A DNA stretch of 26,468 bases from a virus (IMGVR_UViG_3300035534_000051:1-26468); one strand, 5' to 3'. Counted from the stretch's first letter, positions 1 to 6,791 are shown. Notes: generated by a model not told the origin, from the sequence alone. Numbers and translations are program-made.

Positions 1-98
1 CTTGGTGCCAAAGCCAATACAACTTGACCAACTTTTGGTTTGACTTTGTCATCAACACTTATCCAGTTGATATTATTCATCGAACTATTGTCTTCCAT
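1..98 (-). CDS. 5' part of a phage protein with a DUF551-like N-terminus; truncated by the window edge
   Basis: ATG at 98-96 preceded by a GGAGGT RBS; translates MEDNSSMNNINWISVDDKVKPKVGQVVLALAP; the 'WISV.D..P....VL' start is typical of DUF551-type phage proteins. Confidence 0.55.
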   Translation of the reverse strand, partial: MEDNSSMNNINWISVDDKVKPKVGQVVLALAP

Positions 99-116
99 AA
101 TTACCTCCAGCAGCGG

Positions 117-236
117 CTAACTGTAATCAGCAGAGCATGAGGGGCTACATGTCTTTTGGCACCGGTGCCTTTTTTTGAACGGCTTGCCGCATATCGTGCA
201 TTTCGGTATGTCTTTGATTTTTTCCGTTTTTTCCAT
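117..236 (-). CDS. 39-aa zinc-finger microprotein (CxxCGKxF...CSxxC); not in the ORF track
   Basis: Translates MEKTEKIKDIPKCTICGKPFKKRHRCQKTCSPSCSADYS; GGAG RBS upstream; co-oriented with neighbours. Confidence 0.65.
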   Translation of the reverse strand: MEKTEKIKDIPKCTICGKPFKKRHRCQKTCSPSCSADYS

Positions 237-279
237 TTTGTTCTCCATTCGGTTCCGGTCAGAAAATGGTTGAAACAGC

Positions 280-316
280 GTCCATGAAGCCCACGGACAT
301 TGTGGGCTTCATGGAC
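280..316. repeat. Perfect 15-bp inverted repeat with 7-nt loop
   Basis: GTCCATGAAGCCCAC-ggacatt-GTGGGCTTCATGGAC, 10 nt downstream of the 327 stop codon. Confidence 0.9.
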
Positions 317-326
317 CAGATCGTGG

Positions 327-1448
327 TTATTGTTTGGGGGTGCCAAAGTATGCTAGGGCCTCAAGGCATTGTTTCTGGGACCATTGCCCGATAAACCGAT
401 TGAATCTCCCTTCCATCTCGGCAAGGTCGTGTCCGTTAGCCTCTGCTGTCCGGGCGCACTCTTCACGGAGAGTCTGCAGTTCTTTTTTAGTGAGCCGTTT
501 TGATGCGTTAGGCTCTTCGTCCTTGTCAGCCGGTTTGGGTTCTTTTTGGGTCTCCTCCGGCTTTGAGATGGGCTTTCTCCGCTCCTGCTCGACCGCCTTT
601 TTCGGTTCAGGCTTCGGTTCTTCCTTTTTCCCGGCTTCCATGTTGAAGAATTCTTGGGGGTTCGCTCCATCTCGGATCTGCGACCCGACCCCTCGGAGAT
701 GTGCCACGTCCTCGGTGGTCCAGTCATCCTTGGGCTTGTGGAGGTACTGCTCTAATCCCTCCATCGGTACGCCGTAGCCGATAAAGAACCGCACAGCAGC
801 GTCTTTGGCCTGATGAAGTCCCACCTTGTCGATGGCCCCTAGTGTAGCTTTTTTTGCCTCCTGCACGGCGGCATCTACCATCCAGCGAGGTACGCCGGCT
901 AAGATTACGTTTCTGATAGCTTTTGACTGCGCGGCTTGAAAAGCCATGTCATCTTTCCTTGCCGCATCATAGCCGCCTCCAAGAGGGTTATGTTTGGCCC
1001 GGAAAAGTCTGGTTGTCGTGTACCCGGTTTCAAGGTCAACGAATCTAGCGATGAATTTGTCCATGCCGGAACTTCGATCGTGGTCAATATCGACCACACA
1101 GTTTCCCCAGAGCCGGGCCAATGCGTATGCCAGACCGATAGATCCCCCTTCGACGGACCCCCGACCACCCTTTCCCTTGACGGTCCAGGAATAGTACCAG
1201 GAATCACCTGCGAAACGAGCCTCCCGCATTACCGTATTGACGATTCTGTCGAGGTCTCTGGGCTTTTGAACGCTTACTGCCGTGGTGTATTGCGTCTGCG
1301 TTCGTTGAAGTGTTCCTCCTGCGGCCACGATAGCCTCTTGGGAATTTGTTGGTTGAACCGCCGGGGCCTGTTTTTGCTGGCCGTTGCCGTCATCGTTGCT
1401 GCCGGAAATGACAGGTACTGCATCCAAAAAATCCATTCCAGTTTCCAT
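327..1448 (-). CDS. Phage protein, putative single-strand annealing/recombination protein (373 aa)
   Basis: ATG at 1448 with GGAGGT RBS, 2 nt after the nuclease stop; core 'PRD...YYSW...VEGGSIGLAYALARLWGN...FVDLETG' followed by a charged low-complexity linker; exonuclease-adjacent position as in Red/RecET pairs. Confidence 0.55.
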   Translation of the reverse strand: METGMDFLDAVPVISGSNDDGNGQQKQAPAVQPTNSQEAIVAAGGTLQRTQTQYTTAVSVQKPRDLDRIVNTVMREARFAGDSWYYSWTVKGKGGRGSVEGGSIGLAYALARLWGNCVVDIDHDRSSGMDKFIARFVDLETGYTTTRLFRAKHNPLGGGYDAARKDDMAFQAAQSKAIRNVILAGVPRWMVDAAVQEAKKATLGAIDKVGLHQAKDAAVRFFIGYGVPMEGLEQYLHKPKDDWTTEDVAHLRGVGSQIRDGANPQEFFNMEAGKKEEPKPEPKKAVEQERRKPISKPEETQKEPKPADKDEEPNASKRLTKKELQTLREECARTAEANGHDLAEMEGRFNRFIGQWSQKQCLEALAYFGTPKQ

Positions 1449-1450
1449 GC

Positions 1451-2248
1451 TTACCTCCGATTTTTTTTGTGTGCGGGAATGTATGGGCAAGTCCAATAAT
1501 ATCCGCACCATTTTGGACCGCAGAGCCAAGAGCCGGGTTCTGCTGGGGGGAAGATCCCCGCTTCAACCATTCTGATCATGGCATCTGCACGGAGCAGCAG
1601 AGCGTCCCAGTCATGGGCAGTCCTGCTTGTTTCAAGGCTCGTGAGTTTTGCTGCACCCTTTCCGCAAGAGATCACGTCAAAAGTGATCTTCTCTGGCGGC
1701 TTGCCCTCAACCTCCTGTAGGAAACGCCAGTAAGCCGAGGCTTGGATCGAGCTGTCAGCGCGGGATTGAGACCACGCCCTTGCAGACGTCTTGAGGTCCG
1801 AAAGGCGCCCGTCTTCCGTCACAAGATCGAGGAAACCAAGCCACGACAGGTGCGGCGTCCTCGGGTCCGTAAATTCTATCCGTTTTTCAACGAATTTTGG
1901 GCGTATAGCCGGGGCGAATTTTTCCCGGAACACCCTGGCCATTTTGATAACCCGATCAAGTGACTCTGCCGCGTCCTTCTTGAATGACGATTTTCCCTCT
2001 GGCGGGACGTACACCCCGCCTTGCATGGCGTGGACATACCCATCCCGGGCCGCATCCAGAACAACGTCCAGGGGCTCATCCTGTCCGGTCTGAATTTTGG
2101 CCCTCCAATTGACCTCTGCACCCTTGTGGACTCCCTGGCCCACGTGGGCAGCAATCCCTGGGGGTATTTTTTCCCCTTCGATGTAACGCCTCCGCCACTG
2201 CTCGGGGCAGTTGGCGAAGGTCCCTATTTGTGAAACCGAAAGCCTCAT
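1451..2248 (-). CDS. PD-(D/E)XK exonuclease, Cas4/AddB-like with putative 4Fe-4S cysteines (265 aa)
   Basis: Start MRLSVSQIGTFANCP after GGAGGA RBS; motifs G..VH, VE, GFLDL, DLKT, Q..AY, and C-terminal C-x4-C-x5-C plus the N-terminal Cys. Confidence 0.85.
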   Translation of the reverse strand: MRLSVSQIGTFANCPEQWRRRYIEGEKIPPGIAAHVGQGVHKGAEVNWRAKIQTGQDEPLDVVLDAARDGYVHAMQGGVYVPPEGKSSFKKDAAESLDRVIKMARVFREKFAPAIRPKFVEKRIEFTDPRTPHLSWLGFLDLVTEDGRLSDLKTSARAWSQSRADSSIQASAYWRFLQEVEGKPPEKITFDVISCGKGAAKLTSLETSRTAHDWDALLLRADAMIRMVEAGIFPPAEPGSWLCGPKWCGYYWTCPYIPAHKKNRR

Positions 2249-2286
2249 CTTTCCTCCTTGGGTTATGTGTTGCCGTGTGAGTATCT

Positions 2287-2315
2287 TTTGTAAACAAAAC
2301 CGATTCACTTGTAAA
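2287..2315 (-). promoter_or_regulatory. Putative leftward early promoter
   Basis: Minus strand TTTACA-N17-TACAAA, about 40 nt upstream of the nuclease ATG. Confidence 0.55.
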
Positions 2316-2501
2316 CCTTTTTGACGACTTTTTTTGTGTTTTTTGATAACTTTTGGCAAAAAATGACAACCTATAGGGAAACGTTGCCGCGCCCTATAAT
2401 GTATTGGATCGGTTCGGCCCGTGCTTGCGGTGCTTTTTTGATGTGTGCCGACAAAAAGGCTGAATTGAGTGCTTTCTATCGTCAATATATCGATTTTTCA
2501 G

Positions 2502-2550
2502 AAAAAAAATGAAACCCCCCAACCCTTGTGCATCAAGGGCTAGGGGGTTT
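2502..2550 (-). terminator. Stem-loop plus U tract (intrinsic terminator-like)
   Basis: 17-bp stem whose two plus-strand mismatches become G-U pairs on the minus strand, followed by TTTCATTTTTTTT. Confidence 0.6.
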
Positions 2551-2579
2551 TTTGTAAACTTTTTTTTGTTATTTGTAAA
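2551..2579 (-). promoter_or_regulatory. Second putative leftward promoter, back-to-back with the rightward promoter
   Basis: Minus strand TTTACA-N17-TACAAA, hexamers identical to the 2287-2315 element. Confidence 0.4.
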
Positions 2580-2616
2580 CTTTTTTGTTGACAACGACAA
2601 TCAAAACGTATACAAA
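2574..2616 (+). promoter_or_regulatory. Rightward early promoter overlapped by a 20-bp operator-like dyad
   Basis: TTGACA(2588-93)-N17-TACAAA; dyad TGTAAAC-N6-GTTGACA at 2574-2593. Confidence 0.65.
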
Positions 2617-2658
2617 GGACTCAACACGGACACAAAAACCTCAACCACGGAGAAGATC

Positions 2659-2709
2659 ATGACACGCACCGAACTCATCAACGAAATCGCAGACATCCGG
2701 ACCCGCTAA
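2659..2709 (+). CDS. 16-aa peptide MTRTELINEIADIRTR (leader peptide or gene remnant)
   Basis: ATG with GGAG RBS directly behind the early promoter/leader; followed by a GC hairpin at 2718-2740. Confidence 0.45.
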   Translation: MTRTELINEIADIRTR

Positions 2710-2762
2710 AACAAAGACGCCCCCTCTTCAAGGGGGGGCGAACTCTCAACACGGAGGCAGCC

Positions 2763-3062
2763 ATGGCAAACATCACTCACCCCACCGATTGGAATGGTCA
2801 TCGGAAGGTTCGCGGCACGGTCATTGAGTTCGGCGAGGTCGAGCTTAATCCGGTCAATGGTTATTGTGAACGGTTGGTCTTCAAGAGCTGTGAATACGAA
2901 GACCATGGGCTTTTACTGGAAAACGGTTTTCTGTCTCGGCCTGCAACGGCAAAGGACATCCGGGACCTGTTCGGGTTTGATCCGGATGACGTAAACAAAG
3001 CAATTCATAACATCATGGGCTGGCCGCAGAACACTGGCTGGCGGCTTTACGAGGGGGTTTAA
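2763..3062 (+). CDS. Hypothetical early protein (99 aa)
   Basis: GGAGG RBS, ATG, tight packing with the next ORF. Confidence 0.8.
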   Translation: MANITHPTDWNGHRKVRGTVIEFGEVELNPVNGYCERLVFKSCEYEDHGLLLENGFLSRPATAKDIRDLFGFDPDDVNKAIHNIMGWPQNTGWRLYEGV

Positions 3063-3065
3063 GAT

Positions 3066-3275
3066 ATGAAAGCATATACCGTAGAAATACACGATCATTG
3101 CGACTGCACGGTCACAGAGGGCGTCATGGCGGCGTCTCCGGCTGGGGCCTTGGAACTGATCGCAGGAACGGATGAATTGACCTATCGAGACAACTTTGAC
3201 GGTGGTGAGCATTTCTATATCGGGGTCCAGCCTCGGCACCGTCATGCTTGGGTATTTGACGAAAATTTTTCATAA
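3066..3275 (+). CDS. Hypothetical early protein (69 aa), paralog of 3288-3491
   Basis: GAGGGGG RBS; shares Y.VEI.DH...V.A...A.E...G.E...R...G..HF..G..P.H.HAWV with the next ORF. Confidence 0.8.
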   Translation: MKAYTVEIHDHCDCTVTEGVMAASPAGALELIAGTDELTYRDNFDGGEHFYIGVQPRHRHAWVFDENFS

Positions 3276-3287
3276 CAGGGGGAAATC

Positions 3288-3491
3288 GTGAGAACGTATA
3301 GAGTCGAAATCGTGGACCATCACATCGTTGAGAAGTCTGTCATTGTTGAAGCTGAAAACGCAGGGATCGCCGTCGAGCAGGTGGTCGGACCTGAAGAGGA
3401 GATTTCCTTTCGGTCCAGACTGTGTGGTCAGTTTCATTTCCGTGTCGGGCACTTTCCAAACCACTTGCATGCGTGGGTTTACCGGAAATAA
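3288..3491 (+). CDS. Hypothetical early protein (67 aa, GTG start), paralog of 3066-3275
   Basis: AGGGGG RBS; end-to-end similarity to the preceding ORF. Confidence 0.8.
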   Translation: MRTYRVEIVDHHIVEKSVIVEAENAGIAVEQVVGPEEEISFRSRLCGQFHFRVGHFPNHLHAWVYRK

Positions 3492-3506
3492 AATTCTTTT
3501 CATAAA

Positions 3507-3549
3507 TGTTTACTTTTTGGTTGACAATGGAAACCAGGTTGTTTACTTA
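3507..3549 (+). promoter_or_regulatory. Second rightward early promoter with the operator-like dyad
   Basis: TGTTTAC-N6-GTTGACA at 3507-3526; TTGACA-N17-TACTTA; downstream leader nearly identical to 2619-2652. Confidence 0.65.
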
Positions 3550-3590
3550 AAACTCAACATGGGCACAAAACCTCAACCACGGAGCTAAAA

Positions 3591-3782
3591 ATGGCAAACA
3601 TTACGAAGACAGTAGAAATCAACCCCGCACACACAGTTCAGGACGTAGCAAACTTTGCCGAAATGTCCCAGCACATGGATATTAACGCCATTAGGCTGAC
3701 CCTGGCCGGGGCAAGTGTGGACGCCGGCATGAGTGAAGGGAACGTCAGGACTGAATACCTGCTGTTTCTATTGAGGTCCTAA
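3591..3782 (+). CDS. Hypothetical early protein (63 aa)
   Basis: GGAG RBS; TAATG overlap with the next gene; begins MANIT like the 2763 ORF. Confidence 0.75.
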   Translation: MANITKTVEINPAHTVQDVANFAEMSQHMDINAIRLTLAGASVDAGMSEGNVRTEYLLFLLRS

Positions 3783-4012
3783 TGGACATCGACCTCAATT
3801 ACGATGGTATCCCGATCCAGGCCGACCTTAAGTTCGAGGACCGCCTGTTCGGGGACCGGGTTGTCGGGTTCGACATGTGGGTGGAGCGGGTCAGGTGCCT
3901 CTCGGAAGATCCGGAAGATGTGGCCTATATCGAAGAGTTTCAAACGGAAGCGGCAGAGTTCGCACGGAGGTGGTTTGAAGATTACCAACGCGAACTTGAG
4001 GCTGGAATCTAA
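3782..4012 (+). CDS. Small acidic hypothetical protein (76 aa)
   Basis: GAGGT RBS, translational coupling; about 21 D/E versus 8 K/R. Confidence 0.75.
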   Translation: MDIDLNYDGIPIQADLKFEDRLFGDRVVGFDMWVERVRCLSEDPEDVAYIEEFQTEAAEFARRWFEDYQRELEAGI

Positions 4013-4063
4013 AACGACGGAAACAACAACCTTGAGCTAATCTTTCAACACACGGAGGCAGTC

Positions 4064-5119
4064 ATGAAGCAAGGAAAAAGCAATCTCGAAGAACTGGCAA
4101 AGACGATCATCGCAGAGGCAGAGGCAAAAGAAGACATCATTTGCGACACCCCGGCTATCACTCTTTCTGAAAATGGCACCATCAAAATTGAGGACAGAGA
4201 GCTTGTCATCGGTGAACACTTTCATGGACAAATGGCGGCGCACCTGAACATCCCCAGGCGTTACTATGACCGACTGTGGGGGTTCCACCGGGATCTGTTG
4301 GTAAACGATGTCAACGCCCTTCTCACAAGGGAACCGAAACGGCGGATGGTTCGGACGCGGGGTGGATCGGCTAGGGCGTTTGCTAGGGCGTTTTTGTCTG
4401 ATAAGTATCGCATCCTGGACAACGAGCAGGTTTTAGAGTCGGTGCTACCGATCTTGACTAGCGGAGATGTGCAACTCGCGTCGATGGAGGTTACGGAATC
4501 CCGCCTTTATATCAAGGCAACTTTTCCCGAGTGTAGGGGAGAGGTAACGCCCGGCGACGTGGTTGAGTCTGGGGTCATGCTCACAAATTCAGAGGTTGGG
4601 CTTGGAGCCCTGGCAGTGACCCCGTTTGTCAATCGGTTAGTGTGCACGAATGGCATGGTCGTGAATGAGGCTGAATCCAAGTTCGGGATCAAAAAAATGC
4701 ACCTGGGGGGTCGGATTCAGCAGGAAGGTGTCTTCCTCCGGGACGATACGCTCGAAGCCTCGGACAAGGCGTTTTTTATGCAGGTCCGGGATGTCGTTGG
4801 TGCTCTTGGGCACAAGGACTCTTTCGACAAGATCCTCGACACCTTTCGGGAGGCGGCCGGGCAGGATATAGAAGGTGATCCGGTTCGAGGGATTGAAATC
4901 TTACAAAAACGAACGGGACTTCGTGACGGGGAGAAGGCCTCCGTCATTCGACACCTGATAGAGGGGGGCGACCTGTCAAAATGGGGCGTAGCAAACGCTG
5001 TGACCAGGACCGCCGTTGATGTTGAGAGTTATGACAGGGCAACTGATTTAGAGGCCCTGGGCGGAAAGATCGTCACCATGCCGGAAGGTTCGTGGCGTGA
5101 AATTGCAACGGCTCAATAA
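4064..5119 (+). CDS. DUF932-family phage/plasmid protein (351 aa)
   Basis: Family motifs RAFLSDKY..LDN, LYIK, NSEVG.GAL, RLVCTNGM, and W...NAVT; GGAGG RBS. Confidence 0.85.
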   Translation: MKQGKSNLEELAKTIIAEAEAKEDIICDTPAITLSENGTIKIEDRELVIGEHFHGQMAAHLNIPRRYYDRLWGFHRDLLVNDVNALLTREPKRRMVRTRGGSARAFARAFLSDKYRILDNEQVLESVLPILTSGDVQLASMEVTESRLYIKATFPECRGEVTPGDVVESGVMLTNSEVGLGALAVTPFVNRLVCTNGMVVNEAESKFGIKKMHLGGRIQQEGVFLRDDTLEASDKAFFMQVRDVVGALGHKDSFDKILDTFREAAGQDIEGDPVRGIEILQKRTGLRDGEKASVIRHLIEGGDLSKWGVANAVTRTAVDVESYDRATDLEALGGKIVTMPEGSWREIATAQ

Positions 5120-5129
5120 GGGGGCGACC

Positions 5130-5330
5130 ATGTATTACGCATTGATCGACCTCGCAGAGCGGAGCGGCCCCATTTGTGGGGTCGTTCGGGGGACGTATGA
5201 GTCGTGGGAGGATGCTTACCGGGCAAAGTGGAGTACATACGCAAGGCGACCCTATATAGCTCGGGTTGGCCGGTATTTGTTCCCCGGAGAGCTATATACA
5301 CGTGATGTTACCCACAAAGCTTCTTCTTGA
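5130..5330 (+). CDS. Hypothetical protein (66 aa)
   Basis: AAGGGGG RBS, ATG at 5130; last ORF before a strong terminator. Confidence 0.6.
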   Translation: MYYALIDLAERSGPICGVVRGTYESWEDAYRAKWSTYARRPYIARVGRYLFPGELYTRDVTHKASS

Positions 5331-5397
5331 TCTCTGTGACATGATCTCTAAGAGTAGTGAGAAGCCTGGAGTCGTCAGCATCGAAATTCTAGTCATC

Positions 5398-5438
5398 AAG
5401 GCCGGGTTCATAGACTATGAACCCGGCCTTTTTGTTTT
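5398..5438 (+). terminator. Intrinsic terminator ending the early operon
   Basis: AAGGCCGGGTTCATAG-a-CTATGAACCCGGCCTT (16-bp perfect arms) followed by TTTGTTTT. Confidence 0.85.
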
Positions 5439-5459
5439 GAGGGTTCGTCAAGTAAGGGG

Positions 5460-5498
5460 TTGCAATTCCTTGTGGCTTTGTTTACTCTTTGGTTGACA
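5460..5498 (+). promoter_or_regulatory. Promoter of the Cro-like gene, overlapped by the operator-like dyad
   Basis: TTGCAA(5460-65)-N17-TACTCT(5483-88); dyad TGTTTAC-N6-GTTGACA at 5479-5498. Confidence 0.55.
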
Positions 5499-5530
5499 TT
5501 TGATTCTAAACGTAAGCGGGAGGTATAAAT

Positions 5531-5731
5531 ATGAATAAAATTCAGCAGTTAACAAATACCCTCGGGGTTTCACGACAAAGGATGAGCCGGATTAGGAAAG
5601 AGGGAGTCAGAACAAAGAAGGCCGCCCAAAGATTGAGCGGCGCGGTCTTACTTGCGTTTGGCGAAGAGACAAAACCAGAGGTCTTTATGTTCCCAGAAAC
5701 ATTGGGGCGGGATCACTGGTTGTTCAAATAG
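5531..5731 (+). CDS. Cro-like helix-turn-helix regulator (66 aa)
   Basis: GGAGGT RBS; 'QQLTNTLGVSRQRMSRIR' HTH pattern; position upstream of replication genes. Confidence 0.7.
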   Translation: MNKIQQLTNTLGVSRQRMSRIRKEGVRTKKAAQRLSGAVLLAFGEETKPEVFMFPETLGRDHWLFK

Positions 5732-5758
5732 AAAACCCCGGGCAACGACGCCCGGGGT
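5732..5758 (-). terminator. Intrinsic terminator for the antisense RNA
   Basis: ACCCCGGGC-N6-GCCCGGGGT followed by TTT on the minus strand. Confidence 0.6.
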
Positions 5759-5835
5759 ACACGGAAACAAAACCCTCTAACTTGGCGGAGGGGAAGGCGG
5801 CTGGATCGTGGGGGAACCAGTCACCCGGCTTTGAA
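5732..5835 (-). ncRNA. Putative ~100-nt antisense small RNA (positionally like lambda OOP RNA)
   Basis: Bounded by a near-consensus promoter at 5841-5869 and a 9-bp hairpin plus UUUU at 5732-5758; no ORF. Confidence 0.5.
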
Positions 5836-5840
5836 GTACA

Positions 5841-5869
5841 ACCCTATGCATCGTGGCCGGGAATGTCAA
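5841..5869 (-). promoter_or_regulatory. Sigma70-type promoter pointing leftward
   Basis: Minus strand TTGACA-N17-TAGGGT. Confidence 0.65.
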
Positions 5870-5894
5870 CTAAATAGGGATCGGGGTTTGTGAA

Positions 5895-6791
5895 TTGAAC
5901 AAAGACTTTCGAATCTCGGTGGCCATCACGGACCACCCGAAGATCATTAAGCTGATGCGACGGCTTGGGGATCGTGCGTTTTTCAATTTGGTCCGGCTGT
6001 GGGGGTACGTCGCTATCAATAAGCCGGATGGGAACCTGTCTGGGGTTGACTGTGAAGACTTGGAAATTGCAGCTGATTGGAGCGGGGAGCCTGGGGCGTT
6101 TGTTGATACGCTCCTGAGTCTTGGGTTGATTGACGATGTGTGTGGGGAGATGATTGTTCATGACTGGATCGACCACAACGAGTTCGCCTCATTTTCAAAA
6201 GCTCGGTCCGAAAAAGCCAAAAAGGCTGCTCGGAAGCGTTGGGAGAAAAAGTCAGGATCAAGTCAAGCAATGCCAAAAAATGCTACGAGCAATGCTCCGA
6301 GCATAAACGAGCAATGCTTGAGCGATGCTAAAAACGTTTTTAGCAATGCCCCTTCTCCTTCTCCTTCTCCTTCTCCTTCTCCTTCTCCTTCTCCTTCTTT
6401 AACTACTTCTTGCTCGGAGCCAGAAAAAAATGGCTCCAAGCCGCCAGCGAAAAAACGAAAGAAAAAACCTGCCGATGATTCGCCGGTTGTTGTTGGTTTG
6501 TCCCTTGTTGATGGTTCTGAATTTTTAGTGACAGAGCGTTGGGTGGAAGAGTTGCAACCCCTCTACCCTGCCGTAGATATTCCGGCCGAATGTCGCAAAA
6601 TGGCTGGGTGGCTGATCGGGAATCCCGGTAAGCGAAAAACGCCGCGAGGGATCAAGCGATTTGTTACCGGCTGGCTTGCGAAAGAGCAGGACCGAGGTGG
6701 AAGCCGGAACCGTGGGGGTTCTGCGACCTCTTTTTCGCATGAAAACGGAAACAACGGAAACAATGGGGGCTTTAAGTATGCAGAGCTTTGA
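5895..6791 (+). CDS. Phage replication initiator (lambda O/DnaD-like; 298 aa, TTG start)
   Basis: N-terminal 'DHPK...L.R.LG...LV.LW...HDW.DHN'; central iteron/low-complexity region; C-terminal 'YPAVD...M.GWL..NP.KRKT..GI.RF..GWL.K.QD'; followed by a DnaC-like gene. Confidence 0.8.
   Translation: MNKDFRISVAITDHPKIIKLMRRLGDRAFFNLVRLWGYVAINKPDGNLSGVDCEDLEIAADWSGEPGAFVDTLLSLGLIDDVCGEMIVHDWIDHNEFASFSKARSEKAKKAARKRWEKKSGSSQAMPKNATSNAPSINEQCLSDAKNVFSNAPSPSPSPSPSPSPSPSLTTSCSEPEKNGSKPPAKKRKKKPADDSPVVVGLSLVDGSEFLVTERWVEELQPLYPAVDIPAECRKMAGWLIGNPGKRKTPRGIKRFVTGWLAKEQDRGGSRNRGGSATSFSHENGNNGNNGGFKYAEL
6266..6349 (+). repeat. Iteron-like AGCAATGC repeats (putative replication origin)
   Basis: AGCAATGC at 6266, 6288, 6310 and 6342, plus AGCGATGC at 6321; ~11/22-bp phasing inside the initiator gene, like lambda ori. 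Confidence 0.7.
6351..6398 (+). repeat. (CCTTCT)x8 microsatellite encoding (Pro-Ser)8
   Basis: Eight perfect hexamer copies directly after the iterons. Confidence 0.95.

Noticed and set aside
101-346. 81-aa ORF from the track
   Set aside because: No RBS and overlaps the upstream gene and hairpin; the alternative frame 117-236 gives a clear Zn-finger with an RBS
2249-2485. N-terminal extension of the nuclease ORF (344 aa in the track)
   Set aside because: Runs through AT-rich promoter sequence; the family-typical start with a GGAGGA RBS is at 2248
2574-4063. Repeated leader modules near a Cas4-like gene considered as a CRISPR array
   Set aside because: Repeats are degenerate, irregularly spaced by hundreds of bp and separated by ORFs; no repeat-spacer periodicity
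4370-4393. 12-bp tandem duplication GCTAGGGCGTTT x2 (ARAF-ARAF) in DUF932
   Set aside because: Real, but most simply a neutral in-frame slippage duplication
5760-5880. Type I toxin-antitoxin interpretation of the antisense RNA
   Set aside because: No small hydrophobic ORF with an RBS on the opposite strand
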